A program made the translations under genes and the position numbers. The notes below the pieces were generated by a model. It saw only the letters and a program-made list of their open reading frames with translations, was not told the DNA's origin and did not search any database. From Candidatus Coatesbacteria bacterium (GTDB taxonomy: Bacteria > JAFGND01), in the NCBI GenBank assembly GCA_016927185.1, contig JAFGND010000071.1, positions 1 through 64,000 on the forward strand: a stretch of 64,000 bases of DNA, read 5' to 3'. This document shows, in pieces, positions 18,703 through 29,215 of the stretch; positions within the stretch are counted from its first letter, which is position 1; every line of letters starts with the position of its first letter.

Positions 18703-20514
18703 TTAATCCTCTGTCTTTTTCCTGGTCTTGTTTTCATTACGTTGCTTGAGTTTATTTATGAAACTAGACATTTTGTAATATTTTTCTCCTCCAAACTGAA
18801 TTGCATATTTATTTGCTTCTTCTGCTTTATCAAAGTTGTTCGTCATTGCATATGCATATGAAAGATTGTTATATGCAGAAGCATTGTTTGGATTTATGGC
18901 TAGTGATTTTTTATAGGCATCTATTGAACTATCATATTGAAGCATAGCCAACTCGGCATTTCCAAGATTGAAATAGTAAGCTGAATTCTCTGGGTTGAGA
19001 CTTAATGCTTTAGTAAAAAGCAATTTTGCGTTTTGAGGATTTTTGTTATCCATAGATATTTTTCCCAATCCACAGTAAGCTGCATGATTTTTATTTGAAA
19101 GGTTTATTGCTTTTTGATACATATTTACTGCATTTTTTTTATCTTTTTTTTCTATATATGCGTTACCTAATTGAGTGAAGTATAAGCTTTCATTAAATGG
19201 TTTGGGAACAGTATAAAGCAATGAAGAGATGATTGCTACTGGAATGAAGACTCTCAGAAGTATTTTATAATGATGCAATTTAAGGAGCTCATATATCTTT
19301 GAGATAGCTGATGCTGCGAGTGGAAAAGACAAGACAATTACTGGTAGTCTGTACCTTCCTGTATTGAATAGAAGAATAATCGTAATGAAAATAAGCAATA
19401 TAATAATCAGTGACAATCTGAAGTCCTTCCAGTTGATGAAGAATAAACTGAAAGCCGCAAGACCAAAGATTATCGGGGCATTCAAAGGCAGGAACCACAA
19501 TATTGGAGCAAAATACTCTCTGATTACATTGAAATCATGCTTATTGGGTATTTCGTAATTTCCAAAGAAAAGCATGATTTTCTTGAGTAAGAGTTTTAAC
19601 CATCCTGTAGGATTTTTTGCTATCTCACTAAAACCTTCTTTATACCAGAATATATTGGATTGTTCAGCAGTTAACTGTTTGCCAGTAAGTTTTCTCGCAA
19701 CTTCTCTTGAAGCTATATCTAGTTTGTCTTTGATGAACTCTGGATCGGAAGGAACAGTAAATGCACCATCAGAACCTTTGTAATTGCCTATATAAAAATT
19801 GATACCACCATTTGTTGAAATTGGTACTAATTCTCCGCTTACTAGATAGTTCCTTACAGCAACAGGGGAGATTACTGTAATCAATCCCAGAAGCAATAGC
19901 AAAGGTTTTAGAAAAGCCTTCTTTTCTTTTCTATTGCAATAAAATTCATATGCCACTATGAAAACAGAAACATATGCAATATTTGGTTTGCCAAGAGCAG
20001 CAATTCCAAAAGAAATTCCAGCGAGATATGTTATCAGAAAATTATGTTCTCTTGATAGCAAATAGATACCCGCAAGCAATCCTAGTAATACTATTGGTGT
20101 TTCAAGTAGCTTGACTTCATGAAAAGTCAATGGAGCATAAAGAATGGCTATTATTACCGCAATGATAGCTGTATGCCATTTCTTGGAATAAACAAGAGTT
20201 ATCTTATAGACAAGAAAGAGATTTATTATGCCTATCAAAACCTGTACTATTCTAATGAAAATGAAGCTCTTGCCTGCAAAGGAAATCATTAAAAAAAGGA
20301 AAATGATGTAGACAGGAGCACTGTGAAAAAATGGTTCTGGAGTCAGGTTTCCATTGTTGACAAGTTTTTCTGCTTCACCTATGTAATATTTGGCATCTCC
20401 AAAAGGTATATCAATGAATGGCGAATTATCTTTAACTTCAATAATGTATATTATCTTTATCGCTAAAGCAAGAGCCAGTAAAATAAATACTAAATATTTC
20501 CTTAAAAACTCCAT
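18703..20514 (-). CDS. GT-C (GT39/PMT-like) membrane glycosyltransferase with C-terminal TPR repeats
   Basis: Multiple TM helices, DAKYY, RNY..SG...ISTNGGINFYIGN, RYRLP, TPR motifs. Confidence 0.8.
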   Translation of the reverse strand: MEFLRKYLVFILLALALAIKIIYIIEVKDNSPFIDIPFGDAKYYIGEAEKLVNNGNLTPEPFFHSAPVYIIFLFLMISFAGKSFIFIRIVQVLIGIINLFLVYKITLVYSKKWHTAIIAVIIAILYAPLTFHEVKLLETPIVLLGLLAGIYLLSREHNFLITYLAGISFGIAALGKPNIAYVSVFIVAYEFYCNRKEKKAFLKPLLLLLGLITVISPVAVRNYLVSGELVPISTNGGINFYIGNYKGSDGAFTVPSDPEFIKDKLDIASREVARKLTGKQLTAEQSNIFWYKEGFSEIAKNPTGWLKLLLKKIMLFFGNYEIPNKHDFNVIREYFAPILWFLPLNAPIIFGLAAFSLFFINWKDFRLSLIIILLIFITIILLFNTGRYRLPVIVLSFPLAASAISKIYELLKLHHYKILLRVFIPVAIISSLLYTVPKPFNESLYFTQLGNAYIEKKDKKNAVNMYQKAINLSNKNHAAYCGLGKISMDNKNPQNAKLLFTKALSLNPENSAYYFNLGNAELAMLQYDSSIDAYKKSLAINPNNASAYNNLSYAYAMTNNFDKAEEANKYAIQFGGEKYYKMSSFINKLKQRNENKTRKKTED

Positions 20515-20609
20515 AGATTGTCATCAAGAAGCTATTATGCACTGTATCTGTCAAGCAAAGAGTTATCTGATGACTGTAATGGTTGACATTATTATCACAG
20601 GAACTGAAC

Positions 20610-21905
20610 ATGCTTTGCATTAAAACTGATCTTGAGAAAATTGTGAAAAACACTGCCATCAGAAATGCTATTATTTATAGTATTGGTGCATTATTCCTTC
20701 GTGGAATAAGCTTGTATATGCTACCCATATATACCAGATTATTAACGAAGGTAGATTATGGGATGCTTGATTTGCTGACAACAATAACTGCTGTTTTATC
20801 ACCAGTTTTCTGTGGAGGGCTTCCCCAGGTAGTTTTTATCTATTATTTTCATACTGAAGGTATTGAAAGAGAAAAAATGATTAAACAGTCAATCTATACT
20901 TTCTTTTTGTATTCAACACCAATACTATTCATAACAGTACTTGTTAGCCCTTTTATAGCTTCAAGAATATCCTCTCCTGAAACTCCAGTAACTGCATTTC
21001 CACTTCTTTTCATGGCAATAATGCCTGCATTTATGGGATTTGCAGCACAAATTACTTATACTATACTGATGAACGGGCAAAAAGCTTTATTTGTGAGTAC
21101 TATGCAGATTGTTACAGGACTTCTAATGGCAATTCTGAATATTTACGGAGTTGTTTATCTGAGGATGGGTTATCTGGCTGTTATTGGATCAACATTCATA
21201 GTCACATTGATTGAAACGCTTTTTTGCATTTATCTTGGTTTGAAATACCGAAGATCATCTGACTTCAGTTTTGATTATGAAAAAGCTAAAGAATACTTGA
21301 TGATAGGTCTTCCGATAGTTTTTGGAGCTCTTGCCAATTGGATATTGATCAGTGCTGACAGATGGTTTTTAGCATATTTCAGGACAATGGAGGAATTAGG
21401 TTTATATGCAGTTTCATATAAGTTCGGCTTTGTGTTTCAGCAGCTCTTGATAGTACCATTTATGTCTGCAATTTCTCCAAGATTGATGTCGAAGTTCAAG
21501 GATTCACTTGTTGATGCAGTAAAATATAAGTCCAAGATATTCCTTTTCTATTCTATACTTGGCATATTGGCAATTGTCTTTTTTATCTTAATCCTTCCAT
21601 TTGTCTACAAGATATTTGTAGGCAAGGAATTCCAGAGTTCTATAGAATTTACATTGTGGATCTTGTTTGGTTTTCTTTTCTGGGGTGCAGCACAGTTAAG
21701 AACCCTATATTTGATATATTTGAAGAAAACAAAGCTAGTAATTTTCATAACCTTTATTGCAGCGATAAGTAATCTAATTGCCTGCTTTATCCTGATACCA
21801 GATTACGGTCCTAAAGGGGCAGCCTGGGCAACAGGTATAGCCTATTTTGTTTTCATGCTTGTGGGAATGATTTATGAGAGAATTGAATTGAATAAAACTT
21901 TATAA
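20610..21905 (+). CDS. Wzx-like oligosaccharide flippase
   Basis: LPIYTRLL..DYG, many TM helices, DRWFL, LIPDYGPKGAAWAT; start uncertain. Confidence 0.85.
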   Translation: MLCIKTDLEKIVKNTAIRNAIIYSIGALFLRGISLYMLPIYTRLLTKVDYGMLDLLTTITAVLSPVFCGGLPQVVFIYYFHTEGIEREKMIKQSIYTFFLYSTPILFITVLVSPFIASRISSPETPVTAFPLLFMAIMPAFMGFAAQITYTILMNGQKALFVSTMQIVTGLLMAILNIYGVVYLRMGYLAVIGSTFIVTLIETLFCIYLGLKYRRSSDFSFDYEKAKEYLMIGLPIVFGALANWILISADRWFLAYFRTMEELGLYAVSYKFGFVFQQLLIVPFMSAISPRLMSKFKDSLVDAVKYKSKIFLFYSILGILAIVFFILILPFVYKIFVGKEFQSSIEFTLWILFGFLFWGAAQLRTLYLIYLKKTKLVIFITFIAAISNLIACFILIPDYGPKGAAWATGIAYFVFMLVGMIYERIELNKTL

Positions 21906-21917
21906 AACTGGATATTT

Positions 21918-22823
21918 ATGAAAATACTGGAAAAGTATCTTGGATTTGCAAAACGTTATCAGAAGAGAACTTATGATGAGTTAAAGCATAGCTTTTCAAT
22001 TCAATATGAAAAGATAAAAAATACTGACATAGATAGATTTATTATACAAGCATGGGTTTCAAATAATGATAATTTAAAAGTATCATTTGATAATTACCCT
22101 CCATATGATTTTCTCAGATTGAATTCAGTAAGAAATACGATGTTTGTTTATTCACCAGGAGAGTGGCTAGAAAAGCAGATTCAGTTTCTGGAGCAGAACA
22201 TTCCATATAAGACTTTGAAGAAGGTTTTGTATGAGGATCCTTTTGGGAAGCCATATCTGGTGAGTTATAAATATATTACATCACATAATTCAATCCATCT
22301 TCTTTATCATTTATGTAAATTCATGAATACAACAAAGTCTGATTTCAATGCTATGGATACTGTTATTGATTGGGGAGGAGGTTATGGAAATCTGATAAAG
22401 ATTATGGATAGATTGATAAATAAGAAACTTACCTATATAATAATAGATACTCCTCTTTTCTCATGTTTGCAATGGCTTTATTTATCTGTTGTAACAAACA
22501 AGGAGAGAGTAAATATTATAACTTCAAAAGAACAAAAAGTGGAAGAGAAAAAGATCAATTTATTACCAGTTTCTTTTCTTGAGGATTTTGAGCTGCATTG
22601 CGATTTGTTTGTATCAACCTGGGCATTAAGCGAAAGTTCTGATTATTCCCAGGATTACGTATATGGGAAGGATTTTTTCAAGGCAGGGAGCTTGCTAATT
22701 GGTTTTCAAAGGAGTAATGAAAAGATGATTTTTGCTGACAGAATAGAGATATTGCTAAAGAATAAGGGAGCCTTGATAGAAGAATTAGGATTTATCCCTG
22801 ATAATTTTTATGGCTTCTTATAA
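21918..22823 (+). CDS. Putative sugar O-methyltransferase
   Basis: VIDWGGGYG, YIIID, DLFVSTWALSE. Confidence 0.7.
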   Translation: MKILEKYLGFAKRYQKRTYDELKHSFSIQYEKIKNTDIDRFIIQAWVSNNDNLKVSFDNYPPYDFLRLNSVRNTMFVYSPGEWLEKQIQFLEQNIPYKTLKKVLYEDPFGKPYLVSYKYITSHNSIHLLYHLCKFMNTTKSDFNAMDTVIDWGGGYGNLIKIMDRLINKKLTYIIIDTPLFSCLQWLYLSVVTNKERVNIITSKEQKVEEKKINLLPVSFLEDFELHCDLFVSTWALSESSDYSQDYVYGKDFFKAGSLLIGFQRSNEKMIFADRIEILLKNKGALIEELGFIPDNFYGFL

Positions 22824-23693
22824 TTTCCTTAAAAACAAGGTAAAAAAAGTATAGTAATAATATGGTATATCAAAAGTACCAAGAAGGCTTCTAATTTTCT
22901 GTTTCACTTTATATTTGAGGTCCCCTTCATAATATTCAAAGAAAAACCTTCTCATGTATTCCTTATCAGGATCTATCTCTGTTTGCGTGAATATCTTGTT
23001 TCCATGTATCTCCATACCGCTTGGCTCAACAATATATTTCATTATTTCCTCTACATTCTGCAAAGGAGTATGGAATTGATCATGTTTTTGATAGTCATAT
23101 TCAGTTTTTGCATTAAGGCTTTTGCCAAAATCAAAAGTAATACCTGCAATTCCACCTTTCTTAAGAACTCTCCTGAATTCCTTTAATGCCTTTGTTTTCA
23201 CATCATTTGGTAAATGCTCTAGAACTGAAATAGATATTACGACATCAAATGTTTCATCCTTGAAAGGTATTTCTGTCATGTCTGCAACCAGGGGATCAAT
23301 ATCCCAGTTCATTATTCTTGATACTTTCATTGTGTTTTTAACAAGCGATTTCTGAAGATCGATTGTGGTAACTGATGCACCTTCTGAAGCAGCAAAAAAG
23401 ACTATTGGACTGCTTGCTCCTCCGCAATCCAGCACTTTCTTGCCTTTTTCAATCCCGCAAATTTCATAAGTCCTGCAATATTCCCAAGCTCTCATTGGAT
23501 AGACCGAGAAACAATAGGGAAGTCTTTCCTCTAGGTTTGATTTATCAAGATGCCCGGAGCTTGTTGTTCTAAGCTCCCTTTTTCTTAATTCTTCAACAAG
23601 CATCTGGATTTTTTTGACTAGAGGACTTTTCTGGATATATTTATCTAATTCATCCTGGGTAAAAGTCCTGTTATAATTATTTTCATCTATCAT
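22818..23693 (-). CDS. Class I SAM-dependent methyltransferase
   Basis: RAWEY, VLDCGG, FDVVISISVLEH, RVLKKGG. Confidence 0.88.
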   Translation of the reverse strand: MIDENNYNRTFTQDELDKYIQKSPLVKKIQMLVEELRKRELRTTSSGHLDKSNLEERLPYCFSVYPMRAWEYCRTYEICGIEKGKKVLDCGGASSPIVFFAASEGASVTTIDLQKSLVKNTMKVSRIMNWDIDPLVADMTEIPFKDETFDVVISISVLEHLPNDVKTKALKEFRRVLKKGGIAGITFDFGKSLNAKTEYDYQKHDQFHTPLQNVEEIMKYIVEPSGMEIHGNKIFTQTEIDPDKEYMRRFFFEYYEGDLKYKVKQKIRSLLGTFDIPYYYYTFFTLFLRKL

Positions 23694-23799
23694 ACGAATA
23701 AACTTTATTAATAAAGGTTTTCTGTCAATTTAAAAGCGAATCACTTGACATAGTTTCAAAGCATATTATCTTCTGTCAAAGACAAGGAGGAGGTGTTGT

Positions 23800-25515
23800 T
23801 TGAATAATAAAGTAACTAGAAGGATTTTCCTCAAGCAGGGCTTGATTGCTACCTCGACATTGCTTGTTCCCTGGAAGCTATTTGCCGAGAAACCGGTGAA
23901 TACGATTAATTTAACCATACTTCACACAAATGATATCCATGGATATATAACGAAATCAATTGCGGAATGGGCAGATCCCGACTTTCCTCCTGATCTGGGA
24001 GGGGGAAGCGCATTAGCTACCTTGATAAAACAGGTAAAAATGGAATGCAAGCAAAAGGACAGAAGATTTATGCTTTTAGATGCTGGAGACATATACCAGG
24101 GAACGCCAATTGGTGATGAAAGCAAGGGTGCAACAATAGTAGATTTTTTCAACAGGATGGGTTATGATTGCTGGACTTTGGGAAATCACGATTTTGATGA
24201 TGGTGATAAAAATGTAGAGAAATTGATTTCTGCATCAAAAATGCCTGTCTTGTCTTCCAATACACGCTCTTCAAAGAACAAGAAAGAGTTTCCCTATGGA
24301 ATAAAACCGTATATCATAAAAAATGTGGATGGGTTGAAGATAGGTATTCTAGGTATTACAACTGAAGACATGATAACACTTGTTCCCAAGGAAAAACTTC
24401 CAGAAATAGTTTTCACAAATGTTGCTCCAACTGTAAACAAATATATACTTGAGTTGAAGAAACAAGAAGTTCAGTTCATAATTCTTCTTTCCCACCTGGG
24501 TTTCCCGAGAGTTGATGATGGGCTTTCAAGAAGGTTGAAGAGATTTAATAAGTACAGAAAGAATGCTGATGCAAGGAAATTCCCTAATTATACAGCTTAC
24601 CTCAATTTCATAAAAAAGAAAAAAGGCTTTGGACTTGATGATCTTGAAGTGACAGCACTAATCAAGAACATTAATCTGGTGATAGGAGGACACAGCCATA
24701 TAGGTATTTATCCTCCCTATGAAGTTCCTGAAACGCATACTTTTATTACTCAAGCATATTCAAGACTGTCAACTGTTGGAAGAATAGATTTGTCTCTTGA
24801 TAAAGATACTGGTACAATAATTGGAATTTCAATCGAGGCAATAAATCTTTGGGGAGAAAGATTCAAGCCTGATAATGATGCAGAGGATTATCTGAGATGC
24901 CAGCAGGATGCGGTTGAGAAGCACTTGAGAAGAGTTATCGGAAAAACAGAAACAGAACTCCAGAGAGGGAATTATGAAACAACCCTGGGAAATGTTGTAA
25001 CTGATGCAATGAGGGAATCAGTAGGAGCTGATGTTGCTCTTGTAAACAGGGGAGGACTTCGAGCCAATATAAGAATAGGGGAGATTCAGGAGATTGACAT
25101 TTACAGAGTGATACCTTTTGATAATCCAATACATAAAATGACTGTTGATGGAGCCATGCTTGCAAATATACTGGAAGTCAGTTTTTCAGGAAGAAGGAAA
25201 GACAGTCAACTATCAGGTGTCAAGGTAGTAGTTAATCCGCTTCTTCCATCAGGAAGGCGATTATGCGAAGTCTGTATCAATGGAAAACCGCTTGATTTAA
25301 AGAAACAGTATACATTTGCTACTTCAGCATATCTCAGTGATGGGGCAGTTGGATATGGACTATTAAGGAAAATTCAAAGAGACATGGTGAAGGAATCAAT
25401 AACAGTAAGAAAAGCTGTTGTTCAATATATAGAGAAAAAAACCCCATTGAATGTTTCTCTTGAAGGGAGAATAAAGATAAGTACAAAAGCAACAAGAGCT
25501 GATTATTTACCATAG
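23800..25515 (+). CDS. Tat-exported 5'-nucleotidase/UDP-sugar hydrolase family metallophosphoesterase
   Basis: TRRIFLK Tat motif, HTNDIHG, LDAGD, GNHDFD, GGHSH, NRGGLR, PFDN. Confidence 0.9.
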   Translation: MNNKVTRRIFLKQGLIATSTLLVPWKLFAEKPVNTINLTILHTNDIHGYITKSIAEWADPDFPPDLGGGSALATLIKQVKMECKQKDRRFMLLDAGDIYQGTPIGDESKGATIVDFFNRMGYDCWTLGNHDFDDGDKNVEKLISASKMPVLSSNTRSSKNKKEFPYGIKPYIIKNVDGLKIGILGITTEDMITLVPKEKLPEIVFTNVAPTVNKYILELKKQEVQFIILLSHLGFPRVDDGLSRRLKRFNKYRKNADARKFPNYTAYLNFIKKKKGFGLDDLEVTALIKNINLVIGGHSHIGIYPPYEVPETHTFITQAYSRLSTVGRIDLSLDKDTGTIIGISIEAINLWGERFKPDNDAEDYLRCQQDAVEKHLRRVIGKTETELQRGNYETTLGNVVTDAMRESVGADVALVNRGGLRANIRIGEIQEIDIYRVIPFDNPIHKMTVDGAMLANILEVSFSGRRKDSQLSGVKVVVNPLLPSGRRLCEVCINGKPLDLKKQYTFATSAYLSDGAVGYGLLRKIQRDMVKESITVRKAVVQYIEKKTPLNVSLEGRIKISTKATRADYLP

Positions 25516-25534
25516 AAATTATAAAGATATAAAC

Positions 25535-25566
25535 AAAAAAAAGCGGGATTTCGATCCCGCTTTTTT
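25535..25566. terminator. Bidirectional intrinsic terminator
   Basis: A8-GCGGGAT-TTCG-ATCCCGC-T6 between convergent genes. Confidence 0.9.
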
Positions 25567-25585
25567 AATTCCATTGGTTTAGGTT

Positions 25586-28500
25586 TTATTGTTGAATTCT
25601 GCGTTTCCAATAGATATAATCTTCCTCAATACCGGTTCCACCTATATTATAAGAAACAAGTCCAAGAGCTGTCATTACCATTATCCTTGCTCCATCAGGG
25701 CCTATTGATAGAGAAGGTGGTGAAGGAACACCGCTTCCGATGACTTCACCTATCTTGTTGGCAGTTCCCAGTTTGCCTGAACCAGTCTGGAAATCAAGTC
25801 CGTACAACCTGGCAATACCAGCACCTTTAGTACAGGTTGTAATATTGTCAGGAGTATATGTTGTAAAATATACTACTCCGTTGAATACTATTGCCTTGCC
25901 GAGGACTTTTTCTCCCTTATGCTTTGAATTGGTTTCTCCAGTTATTGCCTTGAACATGTATCTCCAGCCATTTGCATTAGCTGCTCCGGCATTTCCGAGA
26001 CTTGATTCAGCTATAACTGTATTTGCGTTATAACGAGTAATGACATCTTTTATAGCATAGAAGTAATTCTGTCTTAATGTGTCTAGTGGATCTTCCTTGT
26101 CTCCTGAACCCAGGTAACCCCAGAGTTCTGTGTTGGAATTGTTATCAAACGCAAATGTTGGTGAGAAATAAAGATAACGATATTGATCATCAACAGTGAA
26201 TATTTTCTTTCCAGTCCAGTTGGATACAGTAGTGCTATCCGAGCAATTAAACATGTATACTACTGAATTGGGATAGGATCCTGATACCATGAAGCCATTT
26301 CCACCAAGTCCTGTTGCTGATACCCATCTTACTCTTATCAATCCATCTACATCCATTACTGTACTGAAGGCAGAAGGAGATGCTACCATATAATGATCTG
26401 TTGGAATGGTAGTAGCCCATACCTTGTCTTCAGGAACCCAGATACCAAGGTATTTTCCCTTTGTTGAATCAGCTTTTGAAGGATATGGGAAACCAAATCC
26501 CATTGCTGCAACCCATGGCTTGATATTCTTGTTAACTGTATTGAATATTGTTGCCTCTGACCATGTATGTCCCATCTTGGCATGAGTAAATGAATATGGG
26601 GCTGTCGGGCAGGTTGTTGGGTATGAAAGTTCCAGTTGTGTATAATATGTCCCGTTTTCAGTTCTGCTGTTTCCATTACCAATTCCCATTCCAACAATAG
26701 CCATTGTATGCCAGCCTTTATGAGTGACATTTGTTGAATCGGATACGAATCTTATATCAGCAGCTGACGGACTTCCATCCATATAGTAGAAGTGGCGTCT
26801 TGGTGAAGCTGCAATTTTTTGCAGATCCCTGAGTGTTGGATTAGGTGCAAGACCCCAGGCTTCGTTTCCCTCGCTTGCTCCGCTTGCATATATCCCGCGG
26901 AACCAGCCATCATTAGCTCCGAACACAAGTGTTTTTACACGAGTTTTCTTTACATTGTTATAGAAATCATAATAGCCGGGACCGAAATAATAAAGGCCGC
27001 CTACTCCAAGCAGGACAGGGCTTGAATGGAAGATATCTCCCAGCTTTTCCTGTCTTCCAGTTCCACCAACTGAAAGTGTTGGATTACCGCGTTGAAATTC
27101 ATATATTGAATCTCTTCTTGCAGTGTTTGAAACATTAAGATCTGTTGTAGTTACTGAGCTCCATGGATTTCTCGTGTGTGCTGAGGTTTCATAATAAAGA
27201 TTTCTTGATGCATAATTCATGGTTCTCAAATTATCATGGAGATCCCAGAGAGTATCAACAACTTCTCCCAATGTATTCAATCTTGTGCAGTAGAGATGGC
27301 CTTTCCAGAATTCACCCATTGAAGGTATGAAATTGGCAAAATATGCAAGACTATCAGAGTCTGTTACACGAACGGTAGGTACTGATGCAACTGAGAATGA
27401 ATATGCTGTAGAGTCAAGCATCTGGAATATCTTCTCCAGTGAGTCAAGCAGTTCTTCCCTGCTGGTTGCTGCATAAGCATGATTTGTTCCACCCGCTTGA
27501 GCCATTGCATCTAGTTCCATTTTTAATGCATTATCTGCAGTAAATCCTACAACATAGGTTTTTATGTCATGAATCCCGTAGGAAGTGCTTGTATTTCTCA
27601 TTGAAGCAATTGTTGGTTTGGGATCACCGCAGTTATTCCATACTCCATCTGTAAGGAGGAATACGAAATACTTTCTGCAGACTGCATATCCAGCAGGACC
27701 ATCTTTGTAGTTGATTTCACGAATATAGTAATTCTTGACAGAGTCAAATGCGCATTTTGTTGGGGTTCCACCAATTGCAACAAATTCTCCATCCAGATAC
27801 CATACTCCTCCACTTTCATATATATCTTCAAACTGGTTATTCAAGTATGTGAGTGCTTCACTTTGATCATCTGAAACATCAGTATATTTTATGGCACTGT
27901 TATAACCCTGGGTATATGTCAACCAGTATTGAACATAATATGCCCAATCACCGCTTTGATAAGGTCTCGGGAATTTATACTTGGCATAATAATTAGCGCC
28001 TGATGTATAGATATCTCTTTTAACTGGCTGATAGTAGCTTTCTATTGTGTACGAGTAATTATATAATCCAAATCCCCATAATCCTAAGCGAAGATTCTTT
28101 GTTGTAGAAAGAACATAATGCATGACATCCTTGCAGATGTACAAACGACTATCTGTTGGCCAGCAAGCTTCAGAATCTGATTTATCTTCTCCACGTGAAG
28201 TTACATATCCAGAAGACCAGCCACCACTATAATCAATCCTTACAGTATGGCAATAGTCTATTGCATCAGTATTTGTTAAGTCATTCCAGGTTTCAAGTCC
28301 CATAAATCCAAAGTAGTCATAATTATAATTGGTTTGATTTGGATATCCAGGTCTCCAGGATTTCAATCCTACTCCCATGCACATACATCCATAACTATCG
28401 CAATAAGCTCCAAAATCTCCTCCGTATGACCAGTTTTTCCATCTTGCCCTGTAGGTATTTGATGATTGATGGACATCCCACATCATACTTCCTGAAGTAT

Positions 28501-28615
28501 CGAGTATTATTATTACATCAGACTTTACTGATGAAGTAAACAAGTTTTCATCATCCGCATATAATCCGCCAACCATAAGGAAGGCAAACATTGTTATAAT
28601 TAATATCTTTTTCAT
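25586..28615 (-). CDS. pilY1: Type IV pilus tip adhesin PilY1/PilC (vWA plus beta-propeller)
   Basis: Signal peptide; ILDTSGSM MIDAS motif, GGTP, LLTDG; LGDIFHSSP, GANDG, YYMDGSP, VYFTTYTP. Confidence 0.88.
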   Translation of the reverse strand: MKKILIITMFAFLMVGGLYADDENLFTSSVKSDVIIILDTSGSMMWDVHQSSNTYRARWKNWSYGGDFGAYCDSYGCMCMGVGLKSWRPGYPNQTNYNYDYFGFMGLETWNDLTNTDAIDYCHTVRIDYSGGWSSGYVTSRGEDKSDSEACWPTDSRLYICKDVMHYVLSTTKNLRLGLWGFGLYNYSYTIESYYQPVKRDIYTSGANYYAKYKFPRPYQSGDWAYYVQYWLTYTQGYNSAIKYTDVSDDQSEALTYLNNQFEDIYESGGVWYLDGEFVAIGGTPTKCAFDSVKNYYIREINYKDGPAGYAVCRKYFVFLLTDGVWNNCGDPKPTIASMRNTSTSYGIHDIKTYVVGFTADNALKMELDAMAQAGGTNHAYAATSREELLDSLEKIFQMLDSTAYSFSVASVPTVRVTDSDSLAYFANFIPSMGEFWKGHLYCTRLNTLGEVVDTLWDLHDNLRTMNYASRNLYYETSAHTRNPWSSVTTTDLNVSNTARRDSIYEFQRGNPTLSVGGTGRQEKLGDIFHSSPVLLGVGGLYYFGPGYYDFYNNVKKTRVKTLVFGANDGWFRGIYASGASEGNEAWGLAPNPTLRDLQKIAASPRRHFYYMDGSPSAADIRFVSDSTNVTHKGWHTMAIVGMGIGNGNSRTENGTYYTQLELSYPTTCPTAPYSFTHAKMGHTWSEATIFNTVNKNIKPWVAAMGFGFPYPSKADSTKGKYLGIWVPEDKVWATTIPTDHYMVASPSAFSTVMDVDGLIRVRWVSATGLGGNGFMVSGSYPNSVVYMFNCSDSTTVSNWTGKKIFTVDDQYRYLYFSPTFAFDNNSNTELWGYLGSGDKEDPLDTLRQNYFYAIKDVITRYNANTVIAESSLGNAGAANANGWRYMFKAITGETNSKHKGEKVLGKAIVFNGVVYFTTYTPDNITTCTKGAGIARLYGLDFQTGSGKLGTANKIGEVIGSGVPSPPSLSIGPDGARIMVMTALGLVSYNIGGTGIEEDYIYWKRRIQQ

Positions 28616-28630
28616 TTCTTTCACCTCCCT

Positions 28631-29197
28631 CTAGTGTTCCAGGTTTGTATACATACGCCTAACAGGCATTGGATCGAACATTGCCCAGCCATTTGAATTG
28701 TATATTATTACTTTAGCTTCTGGCTGAGGTTTGTCATTTCCATATCCTGGCATTGCTGATGTAACTTCAATTGTTACACTTCCATTAGATGGCAAAAGGA
28801 ATTTTCCATCTTTTGGAGATCTTACTATTCTATCCCATCTTACAATTTTCAAATCATTATATCCTTTGTTTATTATTTCATAAACAAAAGTAAATGAATA
28901 TTCATTCCAGTTAACACTTTTCACTCTATAGTAAAGACCTTGAAGTATTGCTGGATTATAAGGAGAAGCTGTCAAATTATATCCATTTACAAGTGGATTG
29001 CTTAATGTTTTTACGTATCTTGGTAAACCATTATATGCATGAATTGCCTTGTCATATAAGGAATATTCTGATACAATACCAGTCTTGTTTTTTTCTGTAG
29101 TCAGGAAACCTTCAAAGCTAATTTGTGAAACTGTTCCTTTAGCAAGTATTATCCCTGTAAGAAACAAGACTGTAATTATCAAAACTAGTTTTTTCAT
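28631..29197 (-). CDS. Hypothetical secreted protein inside the pilin operon
   Basis: Sec-type signal MKKLVLIITVLFLTGIILA, GGAGG RBS, tight spacing. Confidence 0.7.
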   Translation of the reverse strand: MKKLVLIITVLFLTGIILAKGTVSQISFEGFLTTEKNKTGIVSEYSLYDKAIHAYNGLPRYVKTLSNPLVNGYNLTASPYNPAILQGLYYRVKSVNWNEYSFTFVYEIINKGYNDLKIVRWDRIVRSPKDGKFLLPSNGSVTIEVTSAMPGYGNDKPQPEAKVIIYNSNGWAMFDPMPVRRMYTNLEH

Positions 29198-29215
29198 CTT
29201 TCTCACCTCCATCAA

